This document shows, in pieces, positions 54,280 through 63,548 of a DNA stretch of 64,000 nt. The position numbers and the translations under genes were made by a program. A model generated the notes under the pieces. That model was not told the origin of the DNA. It did no database searches and was given only the letters and a program-made list of their open reading frames with translations. The stretch's first letter is position 1. Each line of letters opens with the position of its first letter. The stretch covers positions 6,368-70,367 of the forward strand of contig JAEZQD010000152.1 in assembly GCA_023413185.1 (NCBI GenBank). The letters run 5' to 3'. Origin of the DNA: Bacillota bacterium. GTDB lineage: Bacteria; Bacillota; Clostridia; Oscillospirales; Ruminococcaceae.

Positions 54280-55932
54280 ATGGCTACAATAAAAGGCTTG
54301 ACGATAGAAATTGCCGGAGAGACTACAAAGCTTGACAGGGCTATGTCTGGCGTTAATAAGCAATCTCGCGACTTGCAAAGCGAGCTAAAACAGATTGAAA
54401 AACTGCTTAAACTCGACCCAACAAACACCGATCTGCTCGCTCAAAGGCAAACGGTGCTCGCCGCGACAATTGCAACGACTACCCAAAAAGAGCAAATGCT
54501 CAAAGATGCCGAAAAACAAGTGCAGCAGCAGTTTGCAGAGGGCAAAGTAAGCGAAGAACAGCTGCGCGCCATACAGCGCGAAGTAATAAAAGCCGGGCAG
54601 GACACAGAGAAATTTGGAAGTCAAGCAGACGGCGCAATGGAAAAGGCTAAGTCTGGCACGGCGACGCTCGACGGAGCAGTTAAGGGTCTAGCGTCAACGC
54701 TCGGGGTCAACATTCCCCCAGCACTCGACGGAATGGTCTCAAGGCTCGGAAACGTATCTACGGCAGGGGCCGCGCTGGTAGGAGGGCTTGCCGCAGTTGG
54801 CGCTGCGCTCGGAAAGGCAACGTTAGACACTGCTAAGCTAGCGGACGACATACTTACACAATCATCAATCACGGGTCTTGCGACGGATTCATTGCAGGAA
54901 CTTAATTACGCATCAGAGTTGCTTGACGTATCGACAGAGACGACAACTGGAAGCATGACAAAAATGATTAAGTCAATGACCGGGGCGCGAGAAGGAAGCA
55001 AGCTGCAAGCTGATGCGTATAAAAAGCTGGGAATTGCCGTAACAGGCAGTAACGGGGAGTTGCGCGACGCGAACGAAGTGTTTTACGAAGCAATCGACGC
55101 GCTAGGGAAAATGAAGAACGAAACCGAACGCGACGCGCTATCAATGCAGATATTTGGGAAATCGGCGCGGGAACTTAACCCGCTAATTGAAGCAGGCGGG
55201 GGCGCGCTTAAACAGTTTGCAGCGGAGGCGCATAATGTCGGGTATGTCATTGACGCGGATTCGCTTAACAAGTTTGGGCAACTAGACGACGCGATGCAAA
55301 GGCTGTCAAAAAAGGGGGATGCGCTAAAAAATAGCTTTGCGGAAGCTTTATTGCCAATGCTTACAAGTTTTTTTGAAGTCGTATCTGCAATCCCAACACC
55401 CGTACTACAAATGTTAGTGGTGCTCGCTGGCGTTATTGCGACAATTATCATGGTTGTTAAGGCGATACAACAGCTACAAGCGGCGGGAGGCTTTTTGATG
55501 GAGCTCATGTCAAAGACGTGGGACACAAAAATGATAAAGACCACTGCAATAATTGCGGGCGTTGTTGTTGTCTTGCTAGCGCTAGCGGCTGCGATTGCCG
55601 TCGTGATGGGCAAAGGGCAACAAATCGAAAACGCCATGACGAGCATCGGAAACAGCGTCGGCTCTATGAACAAACAAATATCAGACACGCAAAACGGAAG
55701 ACGCATCCCCCAATACGCCGACGGCACAATGTATCATCCGGGCGGTTACGCAATCGTAGGCGAGAGAGGACCCGAACTTGTAGACCTCCCGCAAGGGTCT
55801 AAAGTCTACCCTAACGGATCTATTTTGCCAAACCAAACCATAAACGTCACCGTGCAATCCTCAGACCTACAAGATGCGGCTAGGGTCGTGCGGCTGTTCG
55901 AGGGATTTAGACAAGCCTACAACGCAAACTAG
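54280..55932 (+). CDS. Tape measure protein (short, 550 aa)
   Basis: IKGLTIEIAGETTKL..LLKLDPTNTDLLAQ; IFGKSARELNPLI; C-terminal YADGT..VGERGPE. Confidence 0.92.
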   Translation: MATIKGLTIEIAGETTKLDRAMSGVNKQSRDLQSELKQIEKLLKLDPTNTDLLAQRQTVLAATIATTTQKEQMLKDAEKQVQQQFAEGKVSEEQLRAIQREVIKAGQDTEKFGSQADGAMEKAKSGTATLDGAVKGLASTLGVNIPPALDGMVSRLGNVSTAGAALVGGLAAVGAALGKATLDTAKLADDILTQSSITGLATDSLQELNYASELLDVSTETTTGSMTKMIKSMTGAREGSKLQADAYKKLGIAVTGSNGELRDANEVFYEAIDALGKMKNETERDALSMQIFGKSARELNPLIEAGGGALKQFAAEAHNVGYVIDADSLNKFGQLDDAMQRLSKKGDALKNSFAEALLPMLTSFFEVVSAIPTPVLQMLVVLAGVIATIIMVVKAIQQLQAAGGFLMELMSKTWDTKMIKTTAIIAGVVVVLLALAAAIAVVMGKGQQIENAMTSIGNSVGSMNKQISDTQNGRRIPQYADGTMYHPGGYAIVGERGPELVDLPQGSKVYPNGSILPNQTINVTVQSSDLQDAARVVRLFEGFRQAYNAN

Positions 55933-55942
55933 GAGGGATATC

Positions 55943-57652
55943 ATGGCGCAACACGTTATTGACTGCCCGTGCATAGCGGATACACATGTTGACCAGCAAA
56001 ATTACGATGTAAATTACGGCACTGCAACATCTTTGCTGTTAAGGCAGACCGCAGACGAAACAGGGCTTGGAACTGGTGAGAATCAAAGGAGATCCTTGCT
56101 GAGATTTGACTTAACTGGATTGCCGGCTCGAAAAAAAATATTGTCAGTCTACGCTAACGTGTTCAAATCCTCGCAAAGCGGGCTGGGGGCTTTTAGGTCT
56201 TATTTGCTCAACAACCACTTTGAAGAATTGACCACAACTTGGAGCAACGCGCCAAGTTATTCAAGCGTAAGCGCAAAAAACTTTATTTTTTTGGAAAACG
56301 GATGGGCAAAAGCAGAACTAAACAACAGCGTTATAACGGCAAACCCGCAAATGTTGTTAAACGGAATTGTTTTGGTTGCATTTGCAAACGCGAGCACAAC
56401 GTTGTCAGTAGATATAAACTCTCGCGAAAACGCAAGCAACAATCCGTATATCGAAATAACATACGAGGACAGCCCGCCGTTAAAACCAACGGCAAACGAA
56501 CCCAACGACGTGTACATCAATCTCGACCAAGACATCACCCTGTCGTGGGGATATCGTGCAGAGTTTGGCGGGGAGCAAAAGGCGTATAAAGTAGAGTGGC
56601 GGCAGCAAGGGGCGTCGAGCTGGGAAGAAATTGAGGAAACAACAGCGAATAATTTCTGCGTTGTTCCGGCAGACACCTTCCCCGCAGGAAACATAGAGTG
56701 GCGCGTTTACACATACAACGAGTACGACGAGGAAAGCCCTGTAAGCGACACGCTCAAGTTTTACGCCATCGGGCAGCCTGCGGCACCATCTGTATATGTT
56801 GAGCAATCCGCAACCCCGCTTATCACATGGGATGCGGCGGAGCAGCAGCTTTGGCAAGCGCAGGTGCTTAATGGAGATACGGTAATATACGACACAGGAG
56901 AGCAGCCCGCCACGGTGTGGCAACATCGCGTGGATGATTATCTGGATGATGGAGATTACAATGCTCGCGTCCGTGCACGCAACGCTTACGGATTTTGGAG
57001 CGAGTGGGGCGAATCTGGATTTATAGTATCGACCGCAAAACCAACCAAACCAACACTAACCGTAGCGGCAAACAACGAATACTCTATAACGGTATCTGCC
57101 GATTATGACACGCCAACTTGCCTACTATATCGCCGCCCAATAGGCGGAGAATACAAGCTTATCGGAGAGGTAGACGGCGCGTACAGCGATTACCACGTAG
57201 CAAGCAAAACGCGGTATGAGTACATGGCAAGAGCGGTCAACGAAGATTACAGCTTTGCGGACAGTCAACCTAAGACCGGCTCGGTCGCATTGCCGTGCTC
57301 GGTGATATCTTACGGCAACACTGTATTGCCTTTGAGAAATCGCCTTGAATCAGGATGGGGCAGGGACTACAACCTTGCCAACGTACAAGTGATATCTCAT
57401 TATGTCGGCAGGTCTTTTCCCGTAGTCGAGACGGAGGGCTTTAAATCGCAGTCATTAAGCCTTAACTATTTTTTGACCAAAGACGAGATGGACACGATGC
57501 AAGAGCTGATTGACGCGCCCGTTATCCTCTACCGCAACGACATGGGAGATATGTTTACCGGGACGATAGGCAACGTAAGCTACTCTGAGCAGTTACGCAG
57601 CCGTAGGGGATACAACGCTACGTTTGACATCCAAAGGGTGGGTGATGGTTAA
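55943..57652 (+). CDS. Distal-tail-position protein with N-terminal DNRLRE domain and FN3/Ig-like repeats
   Basis: ADTHVD..NYG..RSLLRFDL..TWSNAP..SRE..NPYIEITY; WRVYTY, RVRARN..WSEW. Confidence 0.75.
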   Translation: MAQHVIDCPCIADTHVDQQNYDVNYGTATSLLLRQTADETGLGTGENQRRSLLRFDLTGLPARKKILSVYANVFKSSQSGLGAFRSYLLNNHFEELTTTWSNAPSYSSVSAKNFIFLENGWAKAELNNSVITANPQMLLNGIVLVAFANASTTLSVDINSRENASNNPYIEITYEDSPPLKPTANEPNDVYINLDQDITLSWGYRAEFGGEQKAYKVEWRQQGASSWEEIEETTANNFCVVPADTFPAGNIEWRVYTYNEYDEESPVSDTLKFYAIGQPAAPSVYVEQSATPLITWDAAEQQLWQAQVLNGDTVIYDTGEQPATVWQHRVDDYLDDGDYNARVRARNAYGFWSEWGESGFIVSTAKPTKPTLTVAANNEYSITVSADYDTPTCLLYRRPIGGEYKLIGEVDGAYSDYHVASKTRYEYMARAVNEDYSFADSQPKTGSVALPCSVISYGNTVLPLRNRLESGWGRDYNLANVQVISHYVGRSFPVVETEGFKSQSLSLNYFLTKDEMDTMQELIDAPVILYRNDMGDMFTGTIGNVSYSEQLRSRRGYNATFDIQRVGDG

Positions 57653-58761
57653 TGCAATCTCTTGCGGTCGGCGGGTACACTGCAAGGCAAATCGAGGACG
57701 TGTTGTTATCAAAGGGCGGAGGGCGAGAAATCGCCTTCCGCTTTGATTTGCTCGACAAAAACGACGGGATTATAGGCGAGTTAGACCAGTGCGCCGGAAG
57801 CGTGGCGCACAATGCCTTTGCCGAGATTAAGGGCACGTCAAGGTTTTCGGTCAAAAGAAACATTACGGACGATATCAACTGGTACTCAGAGCGCATCCAG
57901 CCATATATGAGGCTGAAAATGCCGGGTGGGTGGGTTGAGTGGTCGCTCGGGGTGTATCTGGCAAACGCTCCGGCAAAGCAATCAAGCGGCAAAAGCAACG
58001 TGTACGAGATAGAGGGATACGACAAAGCGCAGGTCCTTAAAGAGGACAAAATACTTGCTCGAACAACGATTGCAGCTGGGACGAACTACGTTAACGCGAT
58101 AGTCCAGACCCTCAACTCTGCCGGGATAATCAAAACCAACATAACGCCGTCAGCTGCGGTTACCGTGTCGCCTGTCGAGTTTGAGCCGTACACGCCAAAG
58201 TTGGAAGTAGTAAACACATTGCTCGCCGCGCTAAACTACACGTCCATATCGTTTGATGCATACGGGTATGCAGTCGCAAAGCCATATGTTGAGCCGTCGG
58301 ACAGAGCGGTTGATTATGAGTACCGCACAGGGGAGTACAGCATAATCAAACCTGGCATTCAACGCGGCATTGATATGTTTAACCTGCCAAACGTGTTTGT
58401 GCGCTACGTATCAAACCCTGACAGGGTGTTGAGGTCTACATACACGCTAGACGATGCGGCAAACCCATTGTCGACTATATCTCGGGGTAGGCACATTGTA
58501 GACCCTCAGGAGGTAAAAGACATTGCAGACCAGACCACGCTTGACGCATACACAAGACGCGCTGCAATTGACGGCAGCAGAGTGTTTGAGGATTTTACAT
58601 TTGCGACCACCTTAATGCCGCACCACACGGACATGGACTGCCTGTATCTCTATCACAAGGATTTTTCATCCGACGTGGTGATTGAAACGGGGTGGAGCAT
58701 GGACTTAAAGGCAGGCGGGGACATGACGCACAATGCACGTAAGGTGGTGAGGTACGCGTGA
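57652..58761 (+). CDS. Tail/baseplate hub protein
   Basis: RFDLLD, SLGVY, IEGYDK, FDAYG, DMFNLPN; position after the distal tail gene. Confidence 0.7.
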   Translation: MQSLAVGGYTARQIEDVLLSKGGGREIAFRFDLLDKNDGIIGELDQCAGSVAHNAFAEIKGTSRFSVKRNITDDINWYSERIQPYMRLKMPGGWVEWSLGVYLANAPAKQSSGKSNVYEIEGYDKAQVLKEDKILARTTIAAGTNYVNAIVQTLNSAGIIKTNITPSAAVTVSPVEFEPYTPKLEVVNTLLAALNYTSISFDAYGYAVAKPYVEPSDRAVDYEYRTGEYSIIKPGIQRGIDMFNLPNVFVRYVSNPDRVLRSTYTLDDAANPLSTISRGRHIVDPQEVKDIADQTTLDAYTRRAAIDGSRVFEDFTFATTLMPHHTDMDCLYLYHKDFSSDVVIETGWSMDLKAGGDMTHNARKVVRYA

Positions 58762-58997
58762 TACCAACGGCAGAGCAAATACTCGGCATGATGTCGCCCC
58801 CGCAGGGCGCACAAAACAAATTTGCGACCGTCACAAGGCTTGTGAGCAGCAGACCGTTTGTGATGATTGACGGCGAGGACGACGAGAGCCCGACGAGATA
58901 CCCTATAGCTTACGGGCTGTCGGTGTCTGCGGGGCAAAGAGTACTTTTGGTGCCGGTTGGCGGCACTTACGTTATAGTTTGCAGGATTACACCATAG
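58758..58997 (+). CDS. Small OB-fold-like tail protein
   Basis: FATVT..PFVMIDGE..GQRVLLVPVGGTYVIVCRI. Confidence 0.65.
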   Translation: MIPTAEQILGMMSPPQGAQNKFATVTRLVSSRPFVMIDGEDDESPTRYPIAYGLSVSAGQRVLLVPVGGTYVIVCRITP

Positions 58998-59007
58998 GAG
59001 GGATACA

Positions 59008-60273
59008 GTGATAACAGTAACAAAAAATCTACGGCTAGACATCCACCAGAGCGCGCCGGTTAACACGGACATTGTTGTAACCAAAGGCGACGTCGGAGCT
59101 TATGTTTTTAACGTCAGGATTTTTGACGGTAGTCAAGAAATAGACTACAACAACGTAGACCACGCGTGGATTGCTTTTGCAAAGCCGGACAAGACATGGA
59201 TACAGGGCACAATGCATGGCGCCGACAATGGGTATGCATACACGCTCGGCACAAACGAGATTGCGGCAGTTGGCAAAGTATTGGCTGCGGTGCTATTGTA
59301 CGACGCGGACGGCAACCGGCTATCTACGTCAAGGTTTTTGTTTACAGCGCAAGAAACTATGTTACCAGACGACGCAGTGTTAAGCAGCAGCCAATATGAC
59401 GCGCTGACTGCGTTAATAGCAGACATCGAGCGGCGCATTGACGAGGGCGAATTTAAAGGCAACCCCGGCGACCCCGGCGCAGACGGTGACGATGGCGTTA
59501 CCCCACATATAGGAGAAAACGGAAACTGGTATATAGGAGAAGTTGACACCGGTGTGCAGGCTCAAGGCAAGTGCTTTACAATCCTTGGGTATTACGACAC
59601 GTTGGGCGAGTTGCAGGCGGCAATGCCGACGCCAGACGCTGGCGACGCTTACGGGGTAGGAGCAACGCAGCCGTATGATATATACGTTTGGGACGGTGTA
59701 TCGCATGAGTGGAAAAACAACGGAGCTTTGCAAGGCGCAAAAGGTGACCCGGGCGAAAAAGGTGACCCGGGCGAAGATGGCAAGAACGGAACTGATGGAA
59801 CCGACGGAACTGATGGAACTGATGGAGCGACGTGGTATACTGGGGCTGCAGAGCCGGAAAGCGTAAACGCGGGAGATTTGTGGCTGTCTACCGCAACCGA
59901 GACAAGCGGCAACGTATACGGCTTTAACGGCACAAACTGGGTGTTTGCACTTAACATCAACGGAGCAGATGGTGCAGATGGCAGATACGCAGAGGTTACA
60001 ACAGCAAACACAACCGTAACGCTTGACCCGAACACCATTACCGCAATATCCGGCACAATCTCTGCGCTTAACGTGTCGCTTGACGCTGCAATATCTGGAG
60101 TGTCAAACGAGTGGGTGCTTACTTTCTCCGCATCCTCGGCAATCACACCAACCTTGCCAAGCGGCGTTGTGTGGCTTGACGCATTGACCATTGAGAGCGG
60201 TAAAAAGTACTACATTGTGTTTACAAAGGTTGGCGCAGATATTATCGCCGCGTGGAGGTCTTGGGATGCTTAG
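59008..60273 (+). CDS. BppU-like upper baseplate/tail fibre protein with collagen-like repeats
   Basis: VVTKGDVG..FAKPD N-terminus; TPHIGENGNWYIG; G-X-Y repeats. Confidence 0.8.
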   Translation: MITVTKNLRLDIHQSAPVNTDIVVTKGDVGAYVFNVRIFDGSQEIDYNNVDHAWIAFAKPDKTWIQGTMHGADNGYAYTLGTNEIAAVGKVLAAVLLYDADGNRLSTSRFLFTAQETMLPDDAVLSSSQYDALTALIADIERRIDEGEFKGNPGDPGADGDDGVTPHIGENGNWYIGEVDTGVQAQGKCFTILGYYDTLGELQAAMPTPDAGDAYGVGATQPYDIYVWDGVSHEWKNNGALQGAKGDPGEKGDPGEDGKNGTDGTDGTDGTDGATWYTGAAEPESVNAGDLWLSTATETSGNVYGFNGTNWVFALNINGADGADGRYAEVTTANTTVTLDPNTITAISGTISALNVSLDAAISGVSNEWVLTFSASSAITPTLPSGVVWLDALTIESGKKYYIVFTKVGADIIAAWRSWDA

Positions 60274-60958
60274 GATGTCGCAACTGATACTCGCAAAACA
60301 ATCCGCGGCTACAACCCCAATCCTCGACGGTCTTATCCTGTGGTACGACGCAATCAACAACACAGGGACAGGGCACAGCGATAGCCCGTCTAACTGGTTT
60401 GACTTGAGCGGTAACGGTAATCACGGAACGTTAACGTCTGTTACATGGGAGGCAAATTCAGCGGTGCTTGACGATATCTCAGACCGCATATTAACCCCTG
60501 TTACGTTGCCGACAAGCGGTAATTTTACGGTTGAGCTGGTGTTTAAAGCCGCAGCTGGAACTGGCAGAAAAACGTTGTTTTCTCAGCACAATGGCTCGTC
60601 CAATACTCTGTTTGTCGCAAGGGCATCGTCATCTCTCGCAGCCCCCCTAGAGTTGCTAATAAACTCATTTACGCCAGTTGCAACCGGAAGCGTGACAATC
60701 CCAGAGGAACAAATTGCTGCAATGTCATTTACTAGAAATGGCACAAGATGCAGAATTTACACAAACGGCAATAGCGATGTATCATACACAACGAGCGTAG
60801 CATTGCCAAACGTTCCAGTGCGTTTTGGTGGGCTAGGAAACGCTACATACGCATTTTTAGGCAATATGTATAGTGCCCGCATTTACAACAGAGCGTTGTC
60901 GCCGGAGGAAATAGCCTACAACTACGCGTATGACCAAGCAACATATCCGGCATCCTAA
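60266..60958 (+). CDS. LamG/concanavalin-A-like domain protein, candidate receptor-binding protein
   Basis: GLILWYDA, WFDLSGNGNHGTL, FTVEL, ARIYNRALSPEEIAYNY. Confidence 0.82.
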   Translation: MLRMSQLILAKQSAATTPILDGLILWYDAINNTGTGHSDSPSNWFDLSGNGNHGTLTSVTWEANSAVLDDISDRILTPVTLPTSGNFTVELVFKAAAGTGRKTLFSQHNGSSNTLFVARASSSLAAPLELLINSFTPVATGSVTIPEEQIAAMSFTRNGTRCRIYTNGNSDVSYTTSVALPNVPVRFGGLGNATYAFLGNMYSARIYNRALSPEEIAYNYAYDQATYPAS

Positions 60959-60979
60959 AATAAAAAACAGGAGGAAATT

Positions 60980-61393
60980 ATGGAGAAGATTTTTAATTGG
61001 ATTAGCATTGCTTTCGCGGCAGTCGGAGGTTTTCTCGCCGCCGCGCTCGGAGGGTGGGACAAATGGTTGCTTGCCCTGCTCGCGTTTGTGGTCATTGACT
61101 ACATAACCGGGGTAATCAAAGCGATTTGGACAAAAGCCCTATCAAGCGAAATCGGGGTTAAAGGCATTTTTAAAAAGGTTATGATTTTTGCCGTGGTTGC
61201 AGTCGCGGTGATCCTACAGCGGCTTATCGACAACGCATTGCCGTTGCGAGACATTGTGCTGTGCTTTTATCTTGCCAACGAGGGCATCAGCCTGCTTGAA
61301 AATGTCGCGGAGTTTGTGCCCATCCCCGCAAAGTTAAAAGACATTTTGCTGCAACTGCGGGACAAAACGTCCCTGATAGACAAGGGGGAGTAA
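60980..61393 (+). CDS. Phage holin
   Basis: LGGWD, IDYITGV, LSSEIGVKG, ANEGISLLEN. Confidence 0.93.
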   Translation: MEKIFNWISIAFAAVGGFLAAALGGWDKWLLALLAFVVIDYITGVIKAIWTKALSSEIGVKGIFKKVMIFAVVAVAVILQRLIDNALPLRDIVLCFYLANEGISLLENVAEFVPIPAKLKDILLQLRDKTSLIDKGE

Positions 61394-62010
61394 TGGCTTA
61401 TAAATCCAAAGGGGCGCAGGTGGCTATTTTGCCATCCTACTCCCCGCTCACTATCTCGGCGGGGTATCGCAACCCCGCCTATCTCAAAACAATCGGTTAC
61501 GGGCACACCGGGGATGATTTTTACTGCGACAAATCGTTTGACGTTATCGCGATTGGGGACGGCGTTATTAAGATGGCTGGCATGGAACCGCGCGTACCGG
61601 GCAAGGATGGGCTGTGGGGCGTTGTTGGGCTTGTACTGGACAAATTCTACCGCCCCTTGTCTGGTAACGTTTTAGGCGGCGTAGCGCAGTATATGCACAT
61701 GCCTATAATCTACGTCAATGTCGGGCAGAGGGTCAAGCAAGGCGATGTAATTGGGCGGGTCCTATGTTACGCAGACGACCCCACAAACAAATATCCCGGC
61801 GGGCATCATTTGCATTTAGAGTGCAGATGGGACACAACCACACCCAATCGGTCGTCACAAGTTAAGGGTGGCAGATACATCAAAAACGGCGCGGATTGCA
61901 CGGTTAACCCAAATACGTGGCTACACATCGCGCCGGGGCAATCTGTGTCTATCCATCCCAACACAACCATGGCAACGCAAAAGGACTTGATTGCAAGGAG
62001 GGTTGGTTAA
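61393..62010 (+). CDS. M23-family peptidase (lysin)
   Basis: HTGDD (HxxxD), YMHM, VGQRVKQGDVIG, HLHLE. Confidence 0.85.
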   Translation: MAYKSKGAQVAILPSYSPLTISAGYRNPAYLKTIGYGHTGDDFYCDKSFDVIAIGDGVIKMAGMEPRVPGKDGLWGVVGLVLDKFYRPLSGNVLGGVAQYMHMPIIYVNVGQRVKQGDVIGRVLCYADDPTNKYPGGHHLHLECRWDTTTPNRSSQVKGGRYIKNGADCTVNPNTWLHIAPGQSVSIHPNTTMATQKDLIARRVG

Positions 62011-62648
62011 TGCCAAAGGTGTGTATTGACGCAGGGCATGGGGGCAGCGACCCAGGGGCGGTCTCAACAAGCCGCCGAGAAAAAGATGACAATCTGCTAT
62101 ATGCTTATGAGCTGCAAAAACAGTTTGCCGCGCAAGGCTGGGCGGTAGTTATGACCCGCACAGAGGACAACAACTTGCCGCTTGCGACCCGCACGGCGAT
62201 TGCCAACAGCAACAAGTGCGACATCGTGCTTTCTTGCCACCGCAACAGCTATTCCAACCCCGCCGCAAACGGCGCAGAGATATGGCTGCACTCGCAAGCC
62301 CCGCAACGATACAAGGATTGGGCGGCTGACAATTTGTCGTGCTTTGAGGAAATCGGGTTTACCAACCGAGGCGTAAAACTCGGTCACGCAAGCGGCAGCG
62401 GAGAATACGCAATAAACCGCGACACAATAATGCCGAGTATGCTTATCGAGGCTGGCTTTGTGACCAACGACAAGGACAATGCGCTGTTTGACACGGCAAT
62501 GTCCGAGATATGCGACGCCATAGTGCGCGGGTGCTGTACGTTTTTAGGCGTGGAGTACAAAGAGCCGGCTCCAGCGGTTAAGACCTACACGCTGGACATT
62601 GGCAAGCTTAAAGAACAAGGGTTTTCAAAAATTGAGATAACACTATGA
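62010..62648 (+). CDS. N-acetylmuramoyl-L-alanine amidase (Amidase_3) endolysin
   Basis: IDAGHGGSDPGA, EKD, SCHRN, LIEAGF. Confidence 0.93.
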   Translation: MPKVCIDAGHGGSDPGAVSTSRREKDDNLLYAYELQKQFAAQGWAVVMTRTEDNNLPLATRTAIANSNKCDIVLSCHRNSYSNPAANGAEIWLHSQAPQRYKDWAADNLSCFEEIGFTNRGVKLGHASGSGEYAINRDTIMPSMLIEAGFVTNDKDNALFDTAMSEICDAIVRGCCTFLGVEYKEPAPAVKTYTLDIGKLKEQGFSKIEITL

Positions 62649-62650
62649 TT

Positions 62651-62680
62651 AAAGCCGGAGGTTTACGCCTCCGGCTTTTT
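62651..62680. terminator. Terminator after the lysis module
   Basis: AAAGCCGGAGG-ttta..-CCTCCGGCTTTTT. Confidence 0.8.
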
Positions 62681-62686
62681 GCTTTG

Positions 62687-62854
62687 CTAGCATATCGTTT
62701 TTACCTCGTCGTAATTATCGTCTAGCAATGCGAGATTAAACATTTGCCCGTGTTCTTTTTCTCCTTCCCACGCCCTATTTAAAGCAACATCATCGTTGTC
62801 GTCGTGAAAAACTTCCATTTCCCCGTCTGCGTAATCTGCGCGATAAATATTCAT
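62687..62854 (-). CDS. 55-aa acidic protein, not in the ORF track
   Basis: RBS AGAAAGGA; MNIYRADYADGEMEVFHDDNDDVALNRAWEGEKEHGQMFNLALLDDNYDEVKTIC. Confidence 0.7.
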   Translation of the reverse strand: MNIYRADYADGEMEVFHDDNDDVALNRAWEGEKEHGQMFNLALLDDNYDEVKTIC

Positions 62855-62867
62855 AACAATCCTTTCT

Positions 62868-62892
62868 GCCGCCTTTAGCCGGGCGGCTCGGC
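62868..62892 (-). promoter_or_regulatory. Predicted compact H-type RNA pseudoknot abutting an RBS
   Basis: Minus strand GCCG-A-GCCGCC-CGGC-TAAA-GGCGGC-AGAAAGGA. Confidence 0.5.
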
Positions 62893-62905
62893 GATTAATT
62901 TACTT

Positions 62906-63070
62906 TTAAATAATAAGCGTACCGATTGCGCAAATATATAGCCACGCCTCTACCTGCTCTTTTGTAGAGCCACTTTTAACCATTTCGACCATTTTAGCTT
63001 GCACTTCCGGCTGCGTTGATAACTCCGCCGCTCTGTCGCCAATAATTTTGTACGCTTCATAATTTGTCAT
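62906..63070 (-). CDS. 54-aa hypothetical protein, not in the ORF track
   Basis: RBS AGGAGGT; MTNYEAYKIIGDRAAELSTQPEVQAKMVEMVKSGSTKEQVEAWLYICAIGTLII. Confidence 0.7.
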   Translation of the reverse strand: MTNYEAYKIIGDRAAELSTQPEVQAKMVEMVKSGSTKEQVEAWLYICAIGTLII

Positions 63071-63114
63071 CGTCTTGACCTCCTGTTTGTTTTATTTGGT
63101 ATGGCCTTATTATA

Positions 63115-63199
63115 TAACATTTTGCAATGTTAGCATAGTGGTAAAATGCACAAACATTTATAAATGTTATTGGCTAATATGTAACATTGAATAATGTTA
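63115..63199. promoter_or_regulatory. Three palindromic operators (T/A)AACATT-N4-AATGTTA in a divergent promoter region
   Basis: Copies at 63115-63132, 63152-63169 and 63182-63199; TATAAT on the minus strand at 63114-63109 and on the plus strand at 63209-63214. Confidence 0.75.
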
Positions 63200-63231
63200 T
63201 TTTAGTGGTATAATAAATGCGAGGTGATATA

Positions 63232-63414
63232 ATGCAAAGCAAGGCGCATATAAGGGCTACAAACAAGTGGTTGGCGGAGAACAGGGAACGTGTAACTGTG
63301 ATAGTAAGAAGCGGCGACAAGGCAAAAATAAAAGCCCATGCTGAAAGCAAAGGCAAGAGCATAAACGCCTATATTGTTTCGCTGATTGAGGACGATATGA
63401 GCAAGGGGAATTAG
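63232..63414 (+). CDS. Small ribbon-helix-helix (Arc-like) regulator
   Basis: RATNKW..ERVTVIVRSGDKAKIKAHAESKGKSINAYIVSLIEDDM; RBS GAGGTG. Confidence 0.8.
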   Translation: MQSKAHIRATNKWLAENRERVTVIVRSGDKAKIKAHAESKGKSINAYIVSLIEDDMSKGN

Positions 63415-63443
63415 GGAGGGCTTCGGCTCTCCCTAATTTTTTT
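63409..63443 (+). terminator. Terminator after the RHH gene
   Basis: AATTAGGGAGGGC-ttcg-GCTCTCCCTAATT followed by T-tract. Confidence 0.8.
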
Positions 63444-63474
63444 GCATTTTTTCTAATTATTTTTAAAAAACCTA

Positions 63475-63503
63475 TTGACATTGTACCCAGTTGGGTATAT
63501 AAT
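63475..63503 (+). promoter_or_regulatory. Perfect consensus sigma-A promoter with palindrome in the spacer
   Basis: TTGACA-17 nt-TATAAT; TACCCA-gt-TGGGTA at 63484-63497. Confidence 0.85.
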
Positions 63504-63548
63504 GAGTACATAAGGTAAGGCAAACAAAAAAACAAGGAGGGCATAAAA

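Noticed and set aside
59739..59826. 18-bp and 9-bp tandem DNA repeats
   Set aside because: Explained by collagen-like G-X-Y coding (KGDPGE, GTD) in the fibre gene
55943..60958. Diversity-generating retroelement targeting tail or LamG genes
   Set aside because: No reverse transcriptase and no template/variable repeat pair visible in the window
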